The notes below the pieces were generated by a model, which saw nothing but the letters and a program-made list of their open reading frames with translations, ran no database searches and was not told the origin of the DNA. A program made the translations under genes and the position numbers. From contig JAFSFB010000020.1 of NCBI GenBank assembly GCA_017435385.1, positions 5,251-69,250 of the forward strand: DNA of 64,000 nt. The letters are read 5' to 3'. The stretch is from Clostridia bacterium. GTDB lineage: Bacteria > Bacillota > Clostridia > Oscillospirales > Acutalibacteraceae. Shown here one piece after another: positions 28,175 through 36,547 of the stretch (positions are counted from its first letter, which is position 1; each line of letters starts with the position of its first letter).

Positions 28175-30538
28175 ATGTTTGTATCAATTAACTGGATTAA
28201 AGATTATGTTGACCTGAGCGGTCTTGACATTAAAAAGCTTATCAACAGCTTTACCCTCGCAACGGCTGAGGTTGAGGATATCTTTGTAAAAGGCGAAGAT
28301 GTTCAGAATGTAGTTGTCGGCGAGATCCTTTCAATTGAGGATCATCCCAATTCAAAGAAGCTTCACCTTCTCAAGGTTGATGCAGGTGAAAAGGTCTGCA
28401 ATATCGTTTGCGGCGCTCCCAATGTTGCAGTCGGTCAGAAGGTTGCTCTCGCTCTTGCAGGCGGCAGAGTTTGCGGCGGCGAAATTAAGGTTGCAACCGT
28501 TGCGGGCTATGAATCCGAGGGCATGTGCTGCTCTGAAAAGGAGCTCGGTCTGAGCGATGATAACAGCGGAATCATGGAGCTTGACAAGAGCCTTGTAAAC
28601 GGAACAAACATCAAGGATGTTTTCCCGATTGACGATATCGTCTTTGAGGTCGATAACAAGTCCCTCACCAACCGACCCGACCTCTGGGGTCATTACGGTA
28701 TTGCCCGTGAGTTTGCCGCTCTTGCAGGCAGAGAGCTCAAGCCCCTGAAGCTCGGCGATCTCTCGTATGACGGCGATGAACAGATCAGCGTCACCGTCGG
28801 CAGAGAAGATCTTGTTTACAGATATTCCTGCATCAAAATGGATAACATCACGAAGAACAAGAGCCCTCTTGACATGAGGATCCGTCTTTATTACTGCGGC
28901 ATGAGAGGAATCAATCTCCTTGCTGATGTTACCAACTATATCATGCTTGAAATCGGTCAGCCGACTCACGCTTTCGATGCTTCGACTATGCAGAATATTG
29001 TTGTCACAACTCCTAAGGAGAAAATGAAATTCAAGACTCTTGACGGCGTTGAAAGAGATATCGACGAAGAAACTCTTATGATCTGGAACGGTGAAACTCC
29101 TACGGGTATCGCAGGTATCATGGGCGGTCTTGATTCCGAGATCGTTGACGATACAAAAGCTGTTGTTCTTGAAAGTGCAAACTTTGACGGTGTTTCCATC
29201 CGCAAGTCATCTTCAAGACTCGGCCACAGAACCGATGCAAGCGCAAGATATGAAAAAATGCTTGATCCTGAGCTTACTCTTGCCGCTGTGGGCAGATTTG
29301 TTGAGCTTGTCAAGAGCATTGATCCCGACGCAAAGGTTGCTTCAAAGCTTACCGATGCATATGTCAGAAAGTATCCTGAGATTTCTCTTTCGTTTGATAA
29401 GAAATATGTTGACCGTTATACCGGTATCGATATCAGCGACGAGCAGATCATGAGAACTCTCACTCTTCTCGGCTTTGGCGTAGATTTTGCTGACGGCAAC
29501 TATACCGTTAAGGTTCCTTCATGGAGAGCAACAAAGGATGTTACCATCAAGGCTGACATTATCGAAGAGATCACAAGAATTTACGGCTATGATAACTTTG
29601 AGATAACAACAACACGCAGTCCCTTAAAGCCCGTTCCCAATGATTACAGCAGACTTGAAGACGCTGAAATTCAGGATCTTCTTGTCAAGAGATACTGCAT
29701 GCATGAGGTTCATTCCTATGTATGGTGCGACGGCAGAAAATATAAGAAGCTCGGCATCGAGGTTCAGGACAATGTTAAGGTTCTCAACATCGAAAACTCC
29801 GACAACGGTATTCTCCGCAATTCCATGCTCCCGACTCTTCTTGTCATGGCGAGCGAAAACAAGGATTTTGCCGATAAATACGGTATCTTTGAAATCGGCA
29901 GAGTTGTTGACGGTACAAAAGATGACGGTTCGTGCAACGAGAGAAAGCATCTCGGCGTTGTTCTTTATGACAAGAGCGGCGACGAAAAAGCTCTCTATTT
30001 CAAGGCTGTAGAAATGGTCAACACTATCGTTGATGTTATCAAGAAGAAGAAGGCTGTTTATAACAAGATCGCTCCCGAGCAGAATTGGCAGCATCCCAAG
30101 AATACTGCTGAGATTACGGTCGACGGCAAGAAGATCGGTGTTCTCTGCGCCATGCATCCCGCAAACAGAGCAAAGCTCGACAAAACGGCAGCCGCTGTCT
30201 GCGTTGAATTTGACATGAACGTATTCAACGATATTTCCGCAAACGGAATTTCATTCTGCGAGCCCAGCACTCAGCAGTCAACCTATTACGATATTTCTCT
30301 TGTTCTTTCAGACGGAGTCAAATATTCCGATATTGCCGCTTCATGGGAGAAGCTTTCGGTTTCCGAGCTTCAGAGCGCAAGAGTTATTGATACCTATGAA
30401 AAGGACGGCGTAAAGAGCATTACCGTGCGTCTTGTTTTCGCAGCTATGGACAGAACTCTTGAGATGGAAGAGGTTCAGGGCTGGATCGATTCCGTGCTCG
30501 CAAACCTCGCTGAAATCGGAGTTACTCTCAAGGCATAA
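28175..30538 (+). CDS. pheT: Phenylalanine--tRNA ligase beta subunit
   Basis: 787 aa with an N-terminal tRNA-binding domain (VVVGEILSIEDHPNSKKLHLLKVD) plus B3/4 and B5 regions. It directly follows pheS. Confidence 0.95.
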   Translation: MFVSINWIKDYVDLSGLDIKKLINSFTLATAEVEDIFVKGEDVQNVVVGEILSIEDHPNSKKLHLLKVDAGEKVCNIVCGAPNVAVGQKVALALAGGRVCGGEIKVATVAGYESEGMCCSEKELGLSDDNSGIMELDKSLVNGTNIKDVFPIDDIVFEVDNKSLTNRPDLWGHYGIAREFAALAGRELKPLKLGDLSYDGDEQISVTVGREDLVYRYSCIKMDNITKNKSPLDMRIRLYYCGMRGINLLADVTNYIMLEIGQPTHAFDASTMQNIVVTTPKEKMKFKTLDGVERDIDEETLMIWNGETPTGIAGIMGGLDSEIVDDTKAVVLESANFDGVSIRKSSSRLGHRTDASARYEKMLDPELTLAAVGRFVELVKSIDPDAKVASKLTDAYVRKYPEISLSFDKKYVDRYTGIDISDEQIMRTLTLLGFGVDFADGNYTVKVPSWRATKDVTIKADIIEEITRIYGYDNFEITTTRSPLKPVPNDYSRLEDAEIQDLLVKRYCMHEVHSYVWCDGRKYKKLGIEVQDNVKVLNIENSDNGILRNSMLPTLLVMASENKDFADKYGIFEIGRVVDGTKDDGSCNERKHLGVVLYDKSGDEKALYFKAVEMVNTIVDVIKKKKAVYNKIAPEQNWQHPKNTAEITVDGKKIGVLCAMHPANRAKLDKTAAAVCVEFDMNVFNDISANGISFCEPSTQQSTYYDISLVLSDGVKYSDIAASWEKLSVSELQSARVIDTYEKDGVKSITVRLVFAAMDRTLEMEEVQGWIDSVLANLAEIGVTLKA

Positions 30539-30630
30539 TTAATTTTTTTAACAACTGATTAATTTTTTCAAAAAAAGATTGTTTTATTTTTAATGTTGTT
30601 ATATAATATACGGGTATGGAGGTGACCGAA

Positions 30631-30879
30631 ATGACTGATAAAACAATTAAGTTTTCGATCAAGGATGAAAATGAGAACGAGATGAAGAATAATCTTCGGT
30701 TGGTTTATGAGGCTTTGAACGAAAAGGGTTATAATTCAATCAGCCAGATTGTCGGCTACATTCTCTCAGAAGATCCGACATATATCACAACGCATAACAA
30801 CGCACGAAGCCTCGTCAGAAGACTTGACAGAGATGAGCTTCTTCAGGCTATGGTCAAGTGCTATCTCGGAATAAAATAA
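30631..30879 (+). CDS. ireB: IreB family regulatory phosphoprotein (UPF0297)
   Basis: YNSISQIVGYILSEDPTYITTHNNARSLVRRLDRDELL is a hallmark sequence. GGAGGTG RBS before the ATG at 30631. Confidence 0.8.
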   Translation: MTDKTIKFSIKDENENEMKNNLRLVYEALNEKGYNSISQIVGYILSEDPTYITTHNNARSLVRRLDRDELLQAMVKCYLGIK

Positions 30880-30897
30880 TTGGAGGATTTAACCCTA

Positions 30898-31190
30898 TGG
30901 CTAAGAAACACAGCTTCCTTATGTATAAGGGCAGACCTCTTGTGAGAAACGGTAAAACCCTTTATTACGGTTTTATGAGCGATCCCTATGTTGTTATTAT
31001 GCAGATAACAAGCACAAGAGAGGTCAAGGGCGTTGAGGTTGCTGACAGAGTTGTTGTTCAGCTTGTCAACACCGACCCCAATGTCAGAATGAAAGAAAAG
31101 ATCGTCAAGAAGGCTGAGCGCAGAGGTCTTTATAACGCTATGGACATCGGCTGCATCTGGCTTGAAAGAGAACTTAAAGAAACTGCATAA
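30898..31190 (+). CDS. Hypothetical small protein (97 aa)
   Basis: ORF with a GGAGGA RBS. It is co-oriented with ireB, 18 nt downstream, and is followed by a strong terminator. No recognisable motif. Confidence 0.55.
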
Positions 31191-31196
31191 AAAGCA

Positions 31197-31231
31197 AACA
31201 CCGTTTGGTTTCAGCCAAACGGTGTTTTTTT
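31197..31231. terminator. Bidirectional intrinsic terminator
   Basis: AACACCGTTTGG-tttcag-CCAAACGGTGTT followed by T7, preceded by an A-run. Confidence 0.85.
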
Positions 31232-31245
31232 ATATGTTGTTATAA

Positions 31246-32139
31246 TTAATATTTCCTTTTGTTATTCTTTTCAAAAAGAACAAGAAGAAGGCACCAGAAT
31301 GCGGCGAGAAGAACGAACAGCGCACAAACGAGAACCGCATTGTTGATAGCGAATGTGAGTATTCCGCCGACAGCAGGAAGATATCGACGAACGATTCCGC
31401 TGCATTCGCTCGAAAGATAGGTGTTGTCTGAAATTTCATTGGTCATCGGATCATAGACCTGCAGAACCGTTCCTGCTTCATATGACTCGGATGCACTGTA
31501 TAAAAACATGATGTCGCAACCGCTTGAAGCGTTTTTGTCAGCCCGAACGGCAACGGGCTTGTTCAGATTTTCGGAATACTGTTCCGGTTGGAGCTTCTTT
31601 GAAATTATAAGAGCTCCTTTGCCGATTTCATCATCTCCGACAATGATATCTCTCGACTGAGTGCTGAAGCATATTCCGCCGATGTCAAGACCGTTGTTGT
31701 CAAGGAAAACCGAAATGAAGCATCCAAGAAGGAAAACGACCGCCGTAATGCTGAGCATAACGATCGAAACGACCTTACCGGCAAGATAATCGTTTTTCTT
31801 TTTCTTTTCTTCTATTTTCTCATCCGTGTTTTCAGAAGAATCATCGTCAACAATAACGGAAGATGTATTCTCCTGAGGAATATCAACGAGGGGGGAGGAC
31901 GAACTGTCATCGGTACTGATGTTCTGATTTGCTTCAACCGCCGTTGGTGTATCAGACAAAGATGTTTCTGCATCGGTTATAGCAGGTTTTTCGATAACCG
32001 CAGCCGAAGCGTTATTGTCTGTTATAAGCTCGGGAATCAGACCTGAATCCGTTTTCGGAGGTTCCGCTTTTTTGATTCTCAGGTCTTTGACAAACAGAGC
32101 ATCAAATTCATCGATGCTCAGAATTCTGAATTCATTCAT
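31246..32139 (-). CDS. Hypothetical bitopic/two-TM membrane protein with an acidic Ser/Asp/Thr-rich linker
   Basis: 297-aa ORF with low-complexity residues at about 30-115, a TM helix at about 125-150, an extracytoplasmic domain and a C-terminal TM helix. It lies downstream of the DivIVA-domain gene. Confidence 0.55.
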   Translation of the reverse strand: MNEFRILSIDEFDALFVKDLRIKKAEPPKTDSGLIPELITDNNASAAVIEKPAITDAETSLSDTPTAVEANQNISTDDSSSSPLVDIPQENTSSVIVDDDSSENTDEKIEEKKKKNDYLAGKVVSIVMLSITAVVFLLGCFISVFLDNNGLDIGGICFSTQSRDIIVGDDEIGKGALIISKKLQPEQYSENLNKPVAVRADKNASSGCDIMFLYSASESYEAGTVLQVYDPMTNEISDNTYLSSECSGIVRRYLPAVGGILTFAINNAVLVCALFVLLAAFWCLLLVLFEKNNKRKY

Positions 32140-32170
32140 TTTATTTCAGCCTTTCAACCTTGATAATCAG

Positions 32171-32464
32171 TTAATTTTTTGCCGCAAGGGAACCGGCTTC
32201 TTTTTCAATTTCCTTGCTGAGTCTGATTATCTTTTCAATTCCGCTGTCAGCGGGGGATGAGGAAGCGGAGCCCGAGGCTTTGAGCTTTTTATTCTCGTCT
32301 GAAAGAGAAAGACAGATCTTTTTGAGCTTTTCATTATTTGCTTCCGTTGCTTTTGCATAATCAAAAACCTTTTTATATTGAGCCTTGAGAAGCGAAACAT
32401 ATTGCTCAACCTGCTCGCAGTCATATCCGTTGGCGCTTCTTTCAAATAATTCTTTGTTATCCAT
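32171..32464 (-). CDS. DivIVA-domain (GpsB-sized) coiled-coil protein
   Basis: N-terminal FERSANGYDCEQVEQYVSLL matches the DivIVA motif F..x..GYD..EVD.FL. 97 aa. GGAGGAAC RBS. Confidence 0.65.
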   Translation of the reverse strand: MDNKELFERSANGYDCEQVEQYVSLLKAQYKKVFDYAKATEANNEKLKKICLSLSDENKKLKASGSASSSPADSGIEKIIRLSKEIEKEAGSLAAKN

Positions 32465-32564
32465 TCTCTGTTCCTCCGCTTTATATGTATAATTGTTTAC
32501 CTATTAAATATATCATAATTATCCACAAAATACAATATAATTTTACAATAAATTGTCTGTTCAG

Positions 32565-32580
32565 CCACTAAATTTAGTGG
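32565..32580. repeat. Perfect 16-bp palindrome CCACTAAATTTAGTGG in a divergent intergenic region
   Basis: Verified by hand as self-complementary. It is not followed by a T-run, so it is operator-like rather than a terminator. Confidence 0.7.
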
Positions 32581-32602
32581 TTAAAAAAATTTGATATATC
32601 TA

Positions 32603-32648
32603 TTGACAAAGAAATGCTCATCTGTTATAGTATAGGTGTGATATCACA
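32603..32648 (+). promoter_or_regulatory. SigmaA-type promoter of the ytrA-like operon with an overlapping 12-bp palindrome (putative operator)
   Basis: TTGACA (32603-32608), a 17-nt spacer, then TATAGT (32626-32631). The perfect palindrome TGTGATATCACA sits at 32637-32648, at about +1. Confidence 0.6.
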
Positions 32649-32675
32649 GATAGCACAGTTAGAGGAGGTGTTGCC

Positions 32676-33041
32676 ATGATTGTAATTGATAAGAGAAGCA
32701 AGGTTCCTGTTTATGAACAGATCAAGAATCAGATCATTACATTGATCAGGGTAGGGGTTTATCCGCCTCATTCAAAGCTTCCTTCGATCAGGCAGGTTTC
32801 CGCTGAAACATCGATAAATGTCAATACCGTTAAAAAAGCTTTTGCGGAGCTTGAATTAACGGGGGCTATTTATTCGGTTCCGGGAACGGGAAGCTTTGTG
32901 AGCGAAAATGCGGCGACAGATTCGGGGCTCAGCGACAAGGCTATGAACGATGTCAGGCAGGCTCTCGAGGTTGCAAAATCAATCGGCGTAACATCCGATG
33001 AAATCAGAATGCTGATTGATTCTGTGTATAAGGAGGAATAG
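32676..33041 (+). CDS. GntR family transcriptional regulator, YtrA subfamily
   Basis: 121 aa. PVYEQIKNQI...LPSIRQVSAETSINVNTVKKAFAELE forms the winged HTH. The short C-terminal domain is typical of YtrA-like regulators. Confidence 0.85.
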   Translation: MIVIDKRSKVPVYEQIKNQIITLIRVGVYPPHSKLPSIRQVSAETSINVNTVKKAFAELELTGAIYSVPGTGSFVSENAATDSGLSDKAMNDVRQALEVAKSIGVTSDEIRMLIDSVYKEE

Positions 33042-33044
33042 TTT

Positions 33045-33944
33045 ATGATTGAAATCAGAAATGTTACAAAGCGTTTCGGTGATTTTACCGCTATTGATAA
33101 GCTTGATCTTACGGTAGATAAATCATCGATTTACGGTCTTGTCGGTTATAACGGCGCAGGCAAAACGACTCTTCTCAAAACGATTTCGGGAGTTTATAAA
33201 GCCGATGAGGGTGAGATCCTGATCGACGGCGTCAATACATTTGATTCAACCTTTGAAAGGCAAAAGCTCTTTTATGTTCCCGATGACATTTATTTTGAGC
33301 CGTATTCGACCATTTCGAGAATGGCGAAGTTTTATTGCGGATATTATCCGAATTTCAGCTTTGAGACCCTTGACAAGCTCTGCGGAGTTTTCGGGCTCGA
33401 CAAGGATGCAAGGCTCAATTCGTTCTCAAAGGGTATGCAGAGGCAGGCAGAGATGATTCTCGGCATGTCAACGAATCCCGATATTCTTCTTCTTGACGAA
33501 AGCTTCGACGGACTCGATCCCGCAAAACGCAATCTTATGAACAGCATGATTGTTGAATATGCGGCGGAGAGGGGATGCAGCGTTATTGTTTCTTCTCATA
33601 ATCTTCATGAGCTGACCGATATCTGCGATCATATCGCTCTCATCAACGGCAAGAAGATCGTTCTCGACTGCTGCGTTGATGATATCAGCGAAAGCCGCTG
33701 TAAATTCCGCCTTGTTTTCAATGATGAAAAAACCGAGAAGGATTTTGCAGGCTTTGACTATAAGAAGATTCATATCGACGGCAGGATTATCACTGTTTCA
33801 ATCAAAGGCGATGCGGATGAGCTTGAAAAATCTCTTATGGCGATGAATCCTATCCTTATCGAGAGATTCCCGCTTTCGCTTGAAGAAATATTCCTTGAAG
33901 AAATGGAGGGCTCTGATTATGACTTCAAAGAAATCTTCGGCTGA
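33045..33944 (+). CDS. ABC transporter ATP-binding protein
   Basis: Walker A GYNGAGKTT, signature FSKGMQRQ and Walker B LLLDESFDGLD. Confidence 0.9.
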   Translation: MIEIRNVTKRFGDFTAIDKLDLTVDKSSIYGLVGYNGAGKTTLLKTISGVYKADEGEILIDGVNTFDSTFERQKLFYVPDDIYFEPYSTISRMAKFYCGYYPNFSFETLDKLCGVFGLDKDARLNSFSKGMQRQAEMILGMSTNPDILLLDESFDGLDPAKRNLMNSMIVEYAAERGCSVIVSSHNLHELTDICDHIALINGKKIVLDCCVDDISESRCKFRLVFNDEKTEKDFAGFDYKKIHIDGRIITVSIKGDADELEKSLMAMNPILIERFPLSLEEIFLEEMEGSDYDFKEIFG

Positions 33945-36414
33945 TACCTTCAGATTTACCTATTTATATACAATAAAGAAGAATTGCTGGCTTCCCGTTC
34001 TTCTGTTCTTTTATAATCTTTTTTACCATCTTTATACTCCTATCGTTGAATATTTCAACAAGTTTGTTCTGAAGGATTTCGACCTTCATCCGAGAGAAAT
34101 TCTTTATGCGTTCTACGATGCGGGCGATGACATGTTCGGCGTTTTCTTCACGGCGGGAGTTCTTATCGGACCTCTTGTTCTCGGAGCGATGATATACCGC
34201 TATATGATGAACAAGAGTGCCGTCAACGTCTATTACAGCCTCGGCGTTACAAGAACAACGATGTTCTGGAGCAAGTTTGCAGCAGGCGCAACCATGCTTA
34301 CCGCAGCCCTTGTTATTCCTCTCGTCATTTCAGCTTTATTAAATGTTGTTTTCTTCGGTTCATCGGCTGAGCTGTGGCAGACATTTTTCTATATTCTCGT
34401 TCATTATGTTACTATCGAGCTGTTTATTCTTTCCGTTGTTGCTCTGACATTCTCTCTTGTCGGAACGGTTATTGAAGGACTTGCATTCTCAACGGTTTAT
34501 GCACTTTCACCTTTTGTTGTTGCGATTTTTATTCAGCATCTTTTCAAAACTTATCTTGTCGGTTCTCCCGAAGCATCAACGAGATGGGCTTCGCCAACAA
34601 GAAATCTCAGCATTCTCGGCTACGGACATTTTGATTCCTTCAATGTAGATTATCTTAATGTTGACGATTTTCTTCTTTTCCCGTTTTCCTCAACTCTCAG
34701 ACTTCGTTCAATGCTTTATGTTGAAAAGAACTATACCTTGCCTTCTCCCGATTATTCGACGATTATCTTCTGGGTTGTACTGACCGTTGCAGTCATGCTT
34801 TTTGGATGGCTTGCGTTCAAAAAGAGAAGAACCGAAATCGCAGGCTTTATGGGTGCTAATCCCAAGGCGACCTTCTTCGCAGTTCTTGTCGCTTCAACCT
34901 TTATCTGCTCAACGATCCTTCCCGAGCTTATCTATGTGACAACAGCGAAGGATAAATTTATTCTCTGTGCGGTATCTGCTCTTGTGTTTGGTCTGATCTA
35001 TATTGTTGTTGACATTATTTCTCTCAGAAGCTTCAAAAAGATCGTTAAGACATTGTGGAAATATCCCATTCACCTTGCGATTTACTTTGTGTTTGTAATC
35101 ATTTTTGCAACAGGCTTCTTCGGATACAAGACAAGAATGCCCGAATTCGACAAGATCGAAAGCGTTTCCATCTCAACCGAAACAGGCGATATTTTCATTT
35201 CAAGTCTGAATGTCGGCTATCAGGACAGATATTATATTTATAATGATGAGGATAATTATCTTCCCGTTCTTCTTTCAATGAGAGAGGAGGATGAACACAG
35301 ACTTGTCGGCGGTTTCACGGATAAAGCCGATATCGAAAGAGCTCTTGATATCCATAAAAAGCTGATTGACATTTCGGAATCAGAGGTCAATGAAGATTCG
35401 GTTTCTGCTCCCTACGGCGAAAAAATCCGACCTGTCAGCATTGATATCGTATATCATCTTAAAAACGGAAAAACCCTTCAGAGAGCATATTTCGTTGCGA
35501 ACGATGAAATTATGAAACAGCTTTCCGAGTTTACGGAATCCGCTCATTACAAAGAGCTTGCTCTCAATACTCTCAAAAACATTTCTCCCTTTGATCCTCT
35601 TGATTACAGCGGATTAAGCTCCGACGATCTGTATAAACTTGAAACGATAAATTCACTCTATGACGACAGATTCCAGATAGGCTTCGCATCTCCCAACCTC
35701 ACAACGCTCACGGCTTATCCCGAATATAACGGCGCAGGAACTCTCAAGCAGGATATTCTCGAGGCTGTCGGAAAGGATATCGAAGCAGGAACTCTTCCTC
35801 TGAATCTCAAGAGTGACAGCAGGATTCTCGGTTACATTCTCATCAAGGATTTTGCTTATGTTGTTTCAGACGGTAGCCATTCCGCTTCCTACGGAGAAAA
35901 CGGCGAGGTTTATGTGACCGTCGACCGTGAAGGCGTTTATGTTGATAAGGTTGAGCAGGAAACAATTGAGATATCAAAGGGATCCCGCTTTGACGATCAG
36001 ATATCCTCATTTATTCTCAACGATGATAGGGGCATAGCAATTCCCGTTTATGAAAATATGGCGAATACCGTTTCTTATATAAATGAAAACGGTTACGCCG
36101 ATGCTTTGACAGATTCCAAGAAGCCAGTTTCCGTAAAACTCTGGAACGGTGTCGGAGGAGGAAATGATTATCTCTATCAGTTCAGAGGTACAACGATGCT
36201 CTTCGACGGCATGGTATGCGACGAATATTTCCCCGAATACGATGTTGTTGTTCCTAAGATGCCCGATACCGCTCAGGTTATCACCGACGATCCCGAAACG
36301 ATTGCGGATTATGAGGCAAGATCAAGACTTATGTATTATAATTGCAACAAAGGAATGTATGCTCAGTTTGTTTATGCGGATGGCTCCTCAACCTTTGCTT
36401 ATATTCCCGAATAA
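33919..36414 (+). CDS. Large ABC-2-type permease-like membrane protein with a roughly 430-aa C-terminal soluble domain
   Basis: About 10 predicted TM helices in the first 400 or so residues, then a non-membrane domain. GGAGGG RBS before the ATG at 33919. It overlaps the ATPase gene end. Confidence 0.6.
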   Translation: MTSKKSSADTFRFTYLYTIKKNCWLPVLLFFYNLFYHLYTPIVEYFNKFVLKDFDLHPREILYAFYDAGDDMFGVFFTAGVLIGPLVLGAMIYRYMMNKSAVNVYYSLGVTRTTMFWSKFAAGATMLTAALVIPLVISALLNVVFFGSSAELWQTFFYILVHYVTIELFILSVVALTFSLVGTVIEGLAFSTVYALSPFVVAIFIQHLFKTYLVGSPEASTRWASPTRNLSILGYGHFDSFNVDYLNVDDFLLFPFSSTLRLRSMLYVEKNYTLPSPDYSTIIFWVVLTVAVMLFGWLAFKKRRTEIAGFMGANPKATFFAVLVASTFICSTILPELIYVTTAKDKFILCAVSALVFGLIYIVVDIISLRSFKKIVKTLWKYPIHLAIYFVFVIIFATGFFGYKTRMPEFDKIESVSISTETGDIFISSLNVGYQDRYYIYNDEDNYLPVLLSMREEDEHRLVGGFTDKADIERALDIHKKLIDISESEVNEDSVSAPYGEKIRPVSIDIVYHLKNGKTLQRAYFVANDEIMKQLSEFTESAHYKELALNTLKNISPFDPLDYSGLSSDDLYKLETINSLYDDRFQIGFASPNLTTLTAYPEYNGAGTLKQDILEAVGKDIEAGTLPLNLKSDSRILGYILIKDFAYVVSDGSHSASYGENGEVYVTVDREGVYVDKVEQETIEISKGSRFDDQISSFILNDDRGIAIPVYENMANTVSYINENGYADALTDSKKPVSVKLWNGVGGGNDYLYQFRGTTMLFDGMVCDEYFPEYDVVVPKMPDTAQVITDDPETIADYEARSRLMYYNCNKGMYAQFVYADGSSTFAYIPE

Positions 36415-36423
36415 GAATTAAAA

Positions 36424-36468
36424 ATGCCCGATGCCGCTTCATGATTGACGGTATCGGGCATTTTTTTT
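36424..36468 (+). terminator. Intrinsic terminator
   Basis: ATGCCCGATgCCG...CGGtATCGGGCAT followed by T8. Confidence 0.8.
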
Positions 36469-36489
36469 GACTGATTTTTATTAAAATAA

Positions 36490-36518
36490 TTGACAAATCC
36501 CTAATTGATTTATATAAT
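36490..36518 (+). promoter_or_regulatory. SigmaA-type promoter of PHP paralog 2
   Basis: TTGACA, a 17-nt spacer, then TATAAT (consensus). Confidence 0.65.
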
Positions 36519-36547
36519 TTTAACATAAATCCGAAAGGGGAAATATT

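Noticed and set aside
28352-30157. Long antisense or alternative-frame ORFs inside pheT (28352-28969, 28966-29319, 29624-30157). Similar ORFs occur inside the GH3 gene (13676-14305), thiN (9674-10198), the lipase gene (5941-6528) and purH (48311-48943).
   Set aside because: All are nested in well-supported genes with recognisable motifs. They lack RBSs and have compositionally odd translations. I see no evidence for overlapping genes.
31780-32010. Low-complexity stretch considered as a tandem repeat or contingency locus.
   Set aside because: It translates in frame into an acidic Ser/Asp/Thr linker of the membrane protein. I saw no exact DNA tandem unit or homopolymer tract.
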